From an uncultured Gemmatimonadaceae bacterium (GTDB taxonomy: Bacteria; Gemmatimonadota; Gemmatimonadetes; Gemmatimonadales; Gemmatimonadaceae), in assembly GCA_963740355.1 (NCBI GenBank), contig CAVUDW010000002.1, positions 160,001-224,000 of the forward strand: a DNA stretch of 64,000 nt, written 5' to 3'. The notes beneath the pieces are model-generated. The model ran no database searches. It saw nothing but the letters and a program-made list of their open reading frames with translations, and was not told the origin of the DNA. The translations under genes and the position numbers were made by a program. This document shows positions 46,996 to 57,303 of the stretch, piece by piece. How positions within the stretch are numbered: the first letter of the stretch is position 1; each line of letters starts with the position of its first letter.

Positions 46996-47372
46996 GCTGA
47001 GGACGGAGCGTAGATTTTGTCACGCTGATCCGTGCAACTCGTTGTTTCGTATTGGTTTACGTTATTTTATGAGGTCGTTCGCTCCGACCGCCCGGCACTC
47101 CATCAGGTGCGGCAGAGCTGGCTGGTGCGGCAAGTTGTGCCGCTGTCGGTGTGGCGACTCTTGCCGCCTGCCGGTCGTCATGGGACCGTCGTGGGAATGG
47201 AACGTGTCCCTGACGTTGTGGTTGTAGATGTGGTTGTACGTCAGCGATGCACAGGCGGTAGTTTCGCCGGTGCGTGACGGGGCGCAGCGGCGAGAGTCCT
47301 TCGCAGTGCAGTGCGACCCGCGCCGCTTCAGCAGTCTCCACCCACTCGTGAAACGCCTGCTCGCGCGCAGGA

Positions 47373-48749
47373 ATGCAGAACATGGCTACTGAGATTTTGT
47401 CGCAGACCGACCTGTTGACGCCGATGGATCCCCGCGTCGCTGCCGTGGTCGCCCAGCTGAGTGACCGTCCTGAACTGGCAAGCGTGGTCGAGCAGCTGCT
47501 GAAGATGGACGGGCCTGCCCTGGCCCGAGCGAAACGATCGATTGCCAAGGCGAAGGTGGCGGCCCCGGCCGCACCTGAGATCGACATCGACTTCCTGCAC
47601 CTGCTGAAAGACCTGCCGCGCGATGTGGAGTCGGCCAGGTTGCGGGCGCGCGAGTTCATGGAGCGCGAAGTCGAGCCGATCGCGAACGCCTACTGGGAGC
47701 GGGCGGAGTTCCCGCACCACCTGATTCCGGAATTCGCCGCGCTCGACCTGTTGGCCTCGATCTTCCCCGAAGCACCCGATGGATCAGTCCGCCACGACTC
47801 GGTGGCGGAAGGGATCCTGACGATGGAGCTGGCGCGGGTAGACTGCTCGTTCGCGACCTTCCTTGGCGTGCACGCGGGACTGGCCTTTGGGTCAATCCTG
47901 CTCTGCGGCTCGAAGGAGCAGCAGGAGGAGTGGCTGCCTCGGATGCGGAAGTGGGAGATCCTGGGAGCTTTCGGGCTCACTGAGCCCGATGTGGGATCAG
48001 GGGTTGCTGGCGGTATAACGACAACTTGCCGGCGCGATGGTGATACATGGATCATCGACGGCGAGAAGCGTTGGATCGGAAATTCGACGTTCGGCGACAT
48101 CGTCGTGGTCTGGGCGCGCGACGTGGCTGACCAACAGGTCAAGGGCTTCATCGTCGAAACGTCCCTGCCTGGCTACTCGGCCAGAAAGATGGAAGGCAAG
48201 ATCGCCCAGCGGACTCTGCAGAACGGGCACATTACGCTCGACCATGTGCGGGTCAGTGAGCGCAATCGCCTCCAACGCGCCCACGGCTTCAAGGACGTGG
48301 CACGGGTGCTGGGCATGACGCGCGTCGGGGTGGCATGGATCGCCGTGGGCTGCGCGGCCGGCGCTTACGAGCGCGCCCTCGCCTACACGCAGCGCCGGAC
48401 GCAGTTCGGCCGCCCGCTGGGCAGCTTCCAGCTGATCCAGTCGATGCTGGCCAAGATGGTGAGCAAGCTGGCCTCGATGCAGGCGCTGGCCCTGCAGGTC
48501 AGCCGGCTCCAGAACGCCGGCACCTGCGAAGAGCACCACTCCGCCCTCGCCAAGCAGTTCTGTGCTGCCCAGTGTCGCGAGGTCGTCGCGCTGGCCCGCG
48601 AATCGATGGGAGGCAATGGCATCCTCCTCGACCACTCCGTCGCCCGCTTCTTCGCGGATGCTGAAGCCATTTACTCCTACGAAGGCTCGAACGAGATCAA
48701 CACCCTGATCATCGGCCGAGCCCTGACCGGCCACGGGGCGTTCGTCTAA
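47373..48749 (+). CDS. Acyl-CoA dehydrogenase (glutaryl-CoA dehydrogenase-like)
   Basis: FGLTEPDVGS, GEKRWIGN, RTQFGRPL..FQ, GGNGI and YEG. Exact start uncertain. Confidence 0.9.
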   Translation: MQNMATEILSQTDLLTPMDPRVAAVVAQLSDRPELASVVEQLLKMDGPALARAKRSIAKAKVAAPAAPEIDIDFLHLLKDLPRDVESARLRAREFMEREVEPIANAYWERAEFPHHLIPEFAALDLLASIFPEAPDGSVRHDSVAEGILTMELARVDCSFATFLGVHAGLAFGSILLCGSKEQQEEWLPRMRKWEILGAFGLTEPDVGSGVAGGITTTCRRDGDTWIIDGEKRWIGNSTFGDIVVVWARDVADQQVKGFIVETSLPGYSARKMEGKIAQRTLQNGHITLDHVRVSERNRLQRAHGFKDVARVLGMTRVGVAWIAVGCAAGAYERALAYTQRRTQFGRPLGSFQLIQSMLAKMVSKLASMQALALQVSRLQNAGTCEEHHSALAKQFCAAQCREVVALARESMGGNGILLDHSVARFFADAEAIYSYEGSNEINTLIIGRALTGHGAFV

Positions 48750-49002
48750 CCTGAGAACGTGGTGCCGGATTTCTGCTGCATGCCGTTCCGGCTCCTCGAT
48801 CCATACGGTTGAACACGCGGAGCTGCGTGAGGAAGTGTGGACGGTCAGGCGACGGACACTGCCGAACGGGGCTCCCTGGCGGTCCCGACGGCCCGGAAGC
48901 TGCTACAGATTGGAGGACGCGGCGCGCGTCCCGACGAGGGGAGGCGCGCACTGCCTCGAGTTAAGCCCTGCCATGCTGCTGCCGACCATCCGTTTCCGCC
49001 TG

Positions 49003-51324
49003 ATGCCTGCGCGATCCACCGCGCTGCTCGGCTTTGCACTCCTTGCCTGTCGCCCGCAGGGCGGTGGGACCGTCGAAGGCTCCGAAGGCGCACGCATTCG
49101 GTCCACGCCTGCCACCTTGCCCGTGGCCATGGCTGAACCGGCGCCGCCAGTCGATGCGCCGCCATCCACGGGCGACACCGTCGAATATTCGGTGATGATG
49201 TCCGGACGAACCGCGGGCCGACTGCGGCAGTGGCCCGACAGTGGTGGCACCGTCACCACGAACTACAGCTATAACGATCGCGGACGCGGCCCCTCGCTGA
49301 CCCAGACGTTGAAGGTCGACAAGGCCGGTTTGCCCGTCGGCATGATGCTCGCCGGAACCACCTACCTGAAGGCCCTCATCCGCGAGCAGGTCGCCATCGC
49401 TGGGCCGCTGCTCACCTGGCGCAACGAAAACGCCGCCGGACGCACCATTCCGGGGAGCGGCTACTACCTGCCGCTCGAGACCCTGCCGTCCGACATCGCG
49501 GCGCTCACCAGGGCGCTGCTGCTCACCAAGACCAAGTCGCTCAGCATCCTGCCCGAAGGCACGGTGACGCTTTCGACCGGCGAGACGCGCACCGTCACCG
49601 CCGGCGGTCGCACCATGCGGGTGACACAGTACCAGATCCACGGCCTCGGCCTGACGCCTGAACCAGTCTGGCTCGATAGCGATGGTCGCCTCTTCGCGAG
49701 CGGCAATTCGTGGATGATGGTCATCCGCCGAGGCTTCGAGTCTGCGCAGCCGGAGATCGTGAATGGGCAGCTCGTCGCATCGCGTGCGCGCGACTCCGTC
49801 TCGGCACGTCGGTTGTCGCGAAAGCCAACGCGAGCGGTGGCCATCATTCACGCCAATCTGTTCGACGCCGCCAGCAAGCAGATGAAGCCGTCGCAAACGG
49901 TGATCGTGCGCGGCGAGCGCATCGAGGCCGTCGGTGACGATGGCTCGGTGTCGTTGCCGGCGGATGTGGAGATCATCGATGCCGGAGGCAAGGCGCTGCT
50001 CCCCGGCTTGTGGGACATGCATGTGCATGTGCAGGATGACGATGGCTTGCTGCATCTCGCCGCCGGTGTGACCACGGTGCGCGACCTGGCCAACGACACC
50101 GATGAACTCACGGCACGCAAGGCACGCTTCAATGGCGGCACCTTGCTTGGTCCGCGTGTGATCACGGCCGGCTTCATCGATGGTCCCGGCCCGTTTGCTG
50201 GTCCGTCGAAAGTGCTCGTCTCGACGCGTGATGCCGCACGCGCGGCAGTCGAAGCCTACGCCAATCAGGGCTACGAGCAGGTGAAGGTCTACTCGTCTCT
50301 CGATCCGCAGCTCTTCCCGACCATCGTGCGCACGGCGCACGCGCGTGGTTTACGCGTGAGTGGTCATGTGCCGTACGGCATGACGGCGGAGCAGATGGTG
50401 CGAGCCGGCGCCGACGAATTACAGCACGCGAACTTCCTCTTCCTCAATTTCCTCGCCGACTCCAACATCGACACGCGCACACCGGCGCGTTTCACGTCAG
50501 TTGCGAAGCTGGCCGGTTCGGTCGACTTGCGCGGCGACAAGGTCGCGCGATTCATCGCACTGTTGAAGGAACGCGACATCGTCGTCGACCCGACGCTGAA
50601 CGTCTTCGAGCAGATGTTCACGGCCAAGTCGGGCACACTCGACATGGGTTCACTGCCGGTCGCGACGCGCCTGCCACCGATTGCACGTCGTGGATTGCTG
50701 GCGGGTGGCCTGCCGTTCACTGCCGCGCAGGAGCCGGTCTATCGCACCAGCTTCATCGCGATGGAGCGCATGGTGAAGAAGTTGAACGAGGCGGGTGTTC
50801 GCCTCGTGGCAGGCACCGACGCTGCCGCCGGTTTCTCCTTGCATCGTGAACTCGAGCTCTACTCGGAAGCCGGCCTGCCGAATACCGACATCCTTTACAT
50901 CGCCACACTCGGCGCCGCCCGCGTGATGAAGCACGATGCCGATTGGGGCAGCATCGAGGCCGGCAAGCTGGCCGACCTGGTGCTGGTGGATGGCGATCCG
51001 TCACGTCGCATGCGCGACATTCGCCGCGCCGAACTGGTGATGAAGGGCGGTGTGATGTACGTGCCCGATTCGCTCTACGCGTCAGTCGGCGTGAAGCCAG
51101 CGCCAAGGAAGGGCGCGATCCCGACGCGCGAAGTGCGCGCCGAGGATGTGGTGTGTCGCGGGCCGGCCGTTGCGGTGAAGAAAGGCAGCACGGGGCCGGT
51201 GCCGCTCAATTGTGCGGTGGTCGATTCGAGCACGGCAGCGGGGCGGAATCGTCGGCCAGCCGCGCGATCGACCACGCGTACACGCCGCGCGACCACACCA
51301 GCGAAACCGAAACCAAAGCCCTGA
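49003..51324 (+). CDS. Secreted (lipoprotein) amidohydrolase family protein
   Basis: Lipobox-like LLAC, PGLWDMHVH, GVTTVRD, AGTD and GSIEAGKLADLVLV. Alternative start at 48973. Confidence 0.85.
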   Translation: MPARSTALLGFALLACRPQGGGTVEGSEGARIRSTPATLPVAMAEPAPPVDAPPSTGDTVEYSVMMSGRTAGRLRQWPDSGGTVTTNYSYNDRGRGPSLTQTLKVDKAGLPVGMMLAGTTYLKALIREQVAIAGPLLTWRNENAAGRTIPGSGYYLPLETLPSDIAALTRALLLTKTKSLSILPEGTVTLSTGETRTVTAGGRTMRVTQYQIHGLGLTPEPVWLDSDGRLFASGNSWMMVIRRGFESAQPEIVNGQLVASRARDSVSARRLSRKPTRAVAIIHANLFDAASKQMKPSQTVIVRGERIEAVGDDGSVSLPADVEIIDAGGKALLPGLWDMHVHVQDDDGLLHLAAGVTTVRDLANDTDELTARKARFNGGTLLGPRVITAGFIDGPGPFAGPSKVLVSTRDAARAAVEAYANQGYEQVKVYSSLDPQLFPTIVRTAHARGLRVSGHVPYGMTAEQMVRAGADELQHANFLFLNFLADSNIDTRTPARFTSVAKLAGSVDLRGDKVARFIALLKERDIVVDPTLNVFEQMFTAKSGTLDMGSLPVATRLPPIARRGLLAGGLPFTAAQEPVYRTSFIAMERMVKKLNEAGVRLVAGTDAAAGFSLHRELELYSEAGLPNTDILYIATLGAARVMKHDADWGSIEAGKLADLVLVDGDPSRRMRDIRRAELVMKGGVMYVPDSLYASVGVKPAPRKGAIPTREVRAEDVVCRGPAVAVKKGSTGPVPLNCAVVDSSTAAGRNRRPAARSTTRTRRATTPAKPKPKP

Positions 51325-51342
51325 TCGCCGAACGACGAGGAG

Positions 51343-52815
<1,473 letters not shown>

Positions 52816-52894
52816 GCAGGTCAGCTTCGAGAAGGTAGGCGACGAGCCGTGCCGAGCCTCGTGGGGCAGGCGCTTCGGGCACCAGATCGCCGGG

Positions 52895-52950
52895 CCAATG
52901 CACACCCAGTGCACCACCCAGTGCAGCAGCCACTGCACTAGCCAGTGCAC
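52895..52950. repeat. Five CCANTGCA direct repeats with an 11-12 bp period
   Basis: Copies at 52895, 52906, 52918, 52930 and 52942. Confidence 0.75.
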
Positions 52951-53095
52951 AAATGTTCACGCCGGCGTTCAAGCGGCAAAACGTTCCGTCCGATACCTCA
53001 CAAGAGTAGAACCGCGATTCGCGGGTGCAAGGCACGGTGGGCAGGAGATTTCCCGCCGGCCGTTGGAAAGTTCTCATCCTCAGGGGGCGAGGTAG

Positions 53096-53989
53096 ATGCG
53101 GGTCACCACCTCACAGGCGCAGCGATCGCAGCTGGACTACATCCAGGGCAATCTCCAGCGCCTGGTGAAGGCGCAGGATCAGGCGGCCACGGGCAAGCGG
53201 TTCCAGCGCGGCTCGGAGGATCCGGCCGCGACGGCTGACGTGCTCCGGGCGGACGGGACACTGGCCGCCTACACGCAGTATGCCCGTAATGGCGACCTCG
53301 CGATCTCGCGGGCCAGCGAGGAGGACCGTGTCCTCGGCAACCTGCAGTTGATCACCGAGCGGGCCCGCGAACTGGCCTCGGCGCAGATCGGCTCCAACTC
53401 GGATGCCAGCACGCGCCTCATCGCGAAGGCCGAAATCGACCAGCTGATCGAGTCGGCGGTCGGGTTGGGCAACACGCGGTTCAACAACGGCTACCTCTTT
53501 GGCGCCTCGCGCTCCACCGAGGAGCCGATGGCGAATACGCCAAACTCCACGCCGCCCTACGCGACGAATGCGGCGGCACTGACCAATCCCTCGTTCGAGA
53601 TCCAGTCCGGTGTGGTCACCACGCCGAACCACAACGCGCACGAAATCTTCATCGACAGCAACACCATGGTGGCGCTGCGCGATCTCTCGACTGCCCTCGG
53701 CGCCAACAACGTGGCTGGCATCCAGGCCGCCATGCCGGCGCTCGCCACCGCCAGCGACAATCTGGGACAGTTGCTCGGCGAGACGGGCGCCCGGGTGAAC
53801 CAGTACGAAACCATCAAGTCGCAGATGCTCTCGGCGACGGTCGACACCAAGTCGCGCCGGTCGATGCTCTACGACATCGACCTGACCGACGCCGCCGCGA
53901 ACTTCGCGCAGGCGCAATCCGCCTATCAGGCCGCCCTCTCGGCGGCCAACAAGGTGCTCAACCTCAACGTGCTGGATTACCTGCGATGA
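53096..53989 (+). CDS. flgL: Flagellar hook-associated protein 3
   Basis: MRVT, ATGKR..SEDP, YLFG, GARVN, and YQAAL..LNVLDYLR. Confidence 0.92.
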   Translation: MRVTTSQAQRSQLDYIQGNLQRLVKAQDQAATGKRFQRGSEDPAATADVLRADGTLAAYTQYARNGDLAISRASEEDRVLGNLQLITERARELASAQIGSNSDASTRLIAKAEIDQLIESAVGLGNTRFNNGYLFGASRSTEEPMANTPNSTPPYATNAAALTNPSFEIQSGVVTTPNHNAHEIFIDSNTMVALRDLSTALGANNVAGIQAAMPALATASDNLGQLLGETGARVNQYETIKSQMLSATVDTKSRRSMLYDIDLTDAAANFAQAQSAYQAALSAANKVLNLNVLDYLR

Positions 53990-54438
53990 GCACTGTGCTG
54001 GCTCCCGTCGACCTGGTGCACCTGTCGTCGGTGCTGCTGGGCCCTCTCGAAATTCGTCCCGAGACGATCATCACGTTCCCCGCAGGAATCCCGGGCTTCG
54101 TTACGCTGCGCAACTTCGCGCTGGTGGATACGGAGCGCGACGACCTGGTCTGGATGCAGAGCGTCGACGATCCCGAGCTGACGTTCCTGCTCGCCGATCC
54201 GTTCACCATCGTCCCTGGCTTCGAAGTGGACATTCCATCGCCTGACCTGGCGGCGATCGGTGCCACGGGCGCCCAGGATGCGCTGCTGGTACTGGCCGTG
54301 GTACAACTCGAAGGCGGATTCCCGGTCGCCGCCAACCTGCAGAGCCCGATCATCATCGACCGCGAGCGACGTCAGGGGCGGCAGATCGTGCTGCCGGATT
54401 CACGCTACGGCATGCACCACCCGATTTCGATCAGCTGA
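53986..54438 (+). CDS. fliW: Flagellar assembly factor FliW
   Basis: FPAGIPGF, WMQS.DDPELTF..DPF and ANLQSPIII..GRQIVL. Confidence 0.93.
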   Translation: MSTVLAPVDLVHLSSVLLGPLEIRPETIITFPAGIPGFVTLRNFALVDTERDDLVWMQSVDDPELTFLLADPFTIVPGFEVDIPSPDLAAIGATGAQDALLVLAVVQLEGGFPVAANLQSPIIIDRERRQGRQIVLPDSRYGMHHPISIS

Positions 54439-54466
54439 GCGACACGGCAAAGAAGGAAGACGACAA

Positions 54467-54510
54467 GAAAATGGCCCGCACCTGAGATCAGGGTGCGGGC
54501 CATTTGTTTC
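54467..54510. terminator. Bidirectional terminator-like hairpin between convergent genes
   Basis: AAATGGCCCGCACC / GGTGCGGGCCATTT 14-bp stem, followed by GTTTC. Confidence 0.75.
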
Positions 54511-54580
54511 TGTGAGCCGTCGTGTCGCCGTGTCGTCGCCGTCGTCTCGAGGCCGACGACGACTCGCGTGATGGCAGCGC

Positions 54581-56005
54581 TCAGGCGACTTCAGCTGCGC
54601 TCAGCGCCGCGCTCACGTTCGTCACGACGCGCGCCCAGTCGCCGCGCGACGGCTGACGGAACAGTCGCGCTCGCGGATACCAGGGCGTGGTGTTGCCGGC
54701 GGTGCCCCAGCGCCAGTCGGGCACATGTGGAATGAGAATCCAGACCGGCACACCAAGGGCGCCAGCGAGATGCGCGATGCCGGTATCGACGGTGATCAAC
54801 AGGTCGAGCGTGCAGAGTTGTCGAGCCGTCGCCAGCCAATCGCCAGGCTCGGGTCGTTCCCACGTTGCCGATGGGATGTCCTGCTCGCTGGCGCCATGTT
54901 GCAGGCAGACGAATTGCAGGTTGGGATGTGTGTGTCGCAGTCCTTGAAGCACCGTGGCCGGAATCGAACGCACCGCGTCATTCCGATGCGCGGGATTGCC
55001 TGCCCAGACCATTCCCACGCGACGCATCTGATGCGGGATTTGCGGCTTTGCGTCTGGTAGCCGGAGGTACGCATCCCCGCCACCACGCCACTCGGCGCCG
55101 ACGCCAAGCACCACCGGCAGGGAGAGCAGTGGCACATAGAAATCAGTGTCGACGATGGTCTCACGATCGACCGCGTCGAAACCCGCGGCGCGCAACAGCC
55201 CAACGGCGTCCGCCTGGCACGCCACAACGACTCGCTCCGCCGCCTGTACGAGCGGATGCAACACGAATCGCAGGAACTGGAACTGATCACCAACACCCTG
55301 TTCACCGATCACCACCAGTGACCGACCGCGCAACGGTTCGCCGCGCCAGATTCGCGCCGATGTCCCCGGTTCCGGGAGCGCACGCGCCTCGAAGTCACGC
55401 CACCCCGCACGCGTGTCGCCAAGCAGGTGCCGCAGGTAGCCTCGAGTGACACGAGCGCCTGACGAGTCCGGCCGCACCTTCAGGCTCCGCTCGCACCAGG
55501 CGAGCGCGCCGGTGTAGTCGGACAGGTCGTGTCGAATGAGCGACGCCGTGAGCAGGAGCACTGGATCGTCCGGGGCCAGCTCCAGCGCCGCCTCGATCTC
55601 GGTCCACGCCGCATCGGGCTGTTGCGCATCGCGCAGCGCGGCGGCCAGTGCGCCTGCCGCTGCCGCATCGTTCGGTGATTCGGCGCGCACGCGTCGAAAG
55701 CAGGGCACGGCGTCCGCTCCAGCCCCGGCATCCACCAGTGCCTTGCCGAGCATGAACTCGGCGGCCACGTCGGGGCGATAGGCCAGTCGTACGGCGCGCC
55801 GCAGCGCCGCGCGGGCGCCGATGATGTCGCCGCTCAGATGCAATGCGTTCGACAGAATGACATGCAGCGCCAGCAATGACGGTGCGAGTTCAACCGCGCG
55901 GCGGTAGTACTCGATTGCGCCGGCGCTGTCGCCGGCATCCGCCAGCACGGCCCCTTCCGCGCAGAGCGTGATGGCGGCCGTCTCGCCCGAGAAGGTGGTG
56001 GTCAT
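54581..56005 (-). CDS. TPR + GT-B (GT9-like) glycosyltransferase, paralog 3
   Basis: TPR helices, EQGVGDQFQFLRF, WAGNPAHRND..RS, ITVDTGIAHLAGALG and DWRW. Confidence 0.85.
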   Translation of the reverse strand: MTTTFSGETAAITLCAEGAVLADAGDSAGAIEYYRRAVELAPSLLALHVILSNALHLSGDIIGARAALRRAVRLAYRPDVAAEFMLGKALVDAGAGADAVPCFRRVRAESPNDAAAAGALAAALRDAQQPDAAWTEIEAALELAPDDPVLLLTASLIRHDLSDYTGALAWCERSLKVRPDSSGARVTRGYLRHLLGDTRAGWRDFEARALPEPGTSARIWRGEPLRGRSLVVIGEQGVGDQFQFLRFVLHPLVQAAERVVVACQADAVGLLRAAGFDAVDRETIVDTDFYVPLLSLPVVLGVGAEWRGGGDAYLRLPDAKPQIPHQMRRVGMVWAGNPAHRNDAVRSIPATVLQGLRHTHPNLQFVCLQHGASEQDIPSATWERPEPGDWLATARQLCTLDLLITVDTGIAHLAGALGVPVWILIPHVPDWRWGTAGNTTPWYPRARLFRQPSRGDWARVVTNVSAALSAAEVA

Positions 56006-57303
56006 GTCGACGCCCGGCTGCGTGACTCGATGCGTGTTGCCACCTGCTGCATCACGGACTCCCACTCGAAGAGCGTGGATTGGCGGATCAGTTGCACCGA
56101 GGTGTACCACGGTGTGTCGGTGCGGTTGGTCATCCAGCGCCAGTCCGGCACGAATGGCACCAGCAGCAACGTCGGCACACCCAACGCGCCTGCCAGGTGC
56201 GCCACCGCCGTGTCGACGGTCACGAGGAGGTCGAGCTGCGTCAGCGCGTGCGCCGTGTCGTTGAACGTGTGGAGTGCGGTGCCGAGGTCACCTACCTGAT
56301 CGCGCAGTGGCTCCGCAACCAACTGCTTCGTTTCGCGACGTTGCAGTGACACGAAATCGACATCTGCGTCGCGTACGATCGGTACCAGCAACGTTGGCGG
56401 CAGCGAGCGGCGAGCATCATTGCGGTGTTGCGGATTCCCAGCCCACACGAGTCCTACGCGCGGTCGCGTGGAGAAAGCGTCGCGGTGCAGTGCCGCAGGA
56501 CATTCCCCCACCGGATGCAGGTATGGAGCACCGCTCACGTCCCCGGGCGATGAGAGGTGCAGCAACGCTGGCAGCGACATCAGGCTCGCGTGAACATCGT
56601 GTGGCGGTACCTCGGTCCCCTCGACGCTGATCGACTCGACTCCCTCGAGCGACGAGAACAGGATCTCGAGCGCGGGGCTGCAGCGAATGGTGACCCGACC
56701 GCCACGGCGTGCAACATCGGCCGCGAAACGAGCGAACATGATCTGGTCGCCGAGCCCCTGTTCATGATCGAGCAGGATACGACGGCCTTCGAGCGGCGAG
56801 CCGTCCCAGACCGGCGAGTGCAGTGGCGTGCGGCGCAGCGGCAGGTCGGCCACCAGCGCGCGCTGTTCGTGCTCCTGCCAGCCCTCGGCCCATTGGCCGA
56901 GCATCAGCAGGTGGAGTGCGCGCGCAAAGCGAATCGCCGAGGAATCAGGCGATAGCGCGAGTGCCGCATCGTACGTGGCGGACACGGTCTGCCAGTCGCC
57001 GAAATCCTTGAGGATTTCCGCCGAGTTGAGCAACGCTGACACATTGGCTGGATCGAGCTCGATCGCTCGTGACGCCGCTTGCAAGGCCGGCATCGGATGG
57101 CCGGTAGCCTGCAGCATGGCAGCGAGGTTGCTGAATGCATCGCTGCGTTGCGGATACTGCAGCGTCAGTGCATGAAAGGCGTGCAGCGCCTCGGTGTATG
57201 CGCCGCGTCGGCGCAAGGCGTCGGCGCGCGACACCGCCAGATCATAGGTGACGGTGGCCGGTGAGCCGATACGGCGTGCGGGGATCACGTGTGTCGTGCT
57301 CAC
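56002..57303 (-). CDS. TPR + GT-B (GT9-like) glycosyltransferase, paralog 2
   Basis: EQGLGDQIMFARF, WAGNPQHRND, VTVDTAVAHLAGALG and DWRW. GTG start overlaps the previous stop. Confidence 0.85.
   Translation of the reverse strand: MSTTHVIPARRIGSPATVTYDLAVSRADALRRRGAYTEALHAFHALTLQYPQRSDAFSNLAAMLQATGHPMPALQAASRAIELDPANVSALLNSAEILKDFGDWQTVSATYDAALALSPDSSAIRFARALHLLMLGQWAEGWQEHEQRALVADLPLRRTPLHSPVWDGSPLEGRRILLDHEQGLGDQIMFARFAADVARRGGRVTIRCSPALEILFSSLEGVESISVEGTEVPPHDVHASLMSLPALLHLSSPGDVSGAPYLHPVGECPAALHRDAFSTRPRVGLVWAGNPQHRNDARRSLPPTLLVPIVRDADVDFVSLQRRETKQLVAEPLRDQVGDLGTALHTFNDTAHALTQLDLLVTVDTAVAHLAGALGVPTLLLVPFVPDWRWMTNRTDTPWYTSVQLIRQSTLFEWESVMQQVATRIESRSRAST

Noticed and set aside
46996..47372. 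c-di-GMP riboswitch upstream of flgB or other flagellar operons
   Set aside because: No GEMM-like GGCAAA..GNRA..GCAAA architecture could be recognised by eye; an Infernal/Rfam scan would settle it.
52816..52950. Trp-rich N-terminal extension of the sigma54 regulator
   Set aside because: It arises from the 12-bp DNA repeat. The receiver domain begins cleanly at MATILYVDDE (52815).
53066..53095. Sigma28 promoter for flgL (GAAAGTT..GGCGAGGT)
   Set aside because: Poor -10 match and off spacing; too weak to call.
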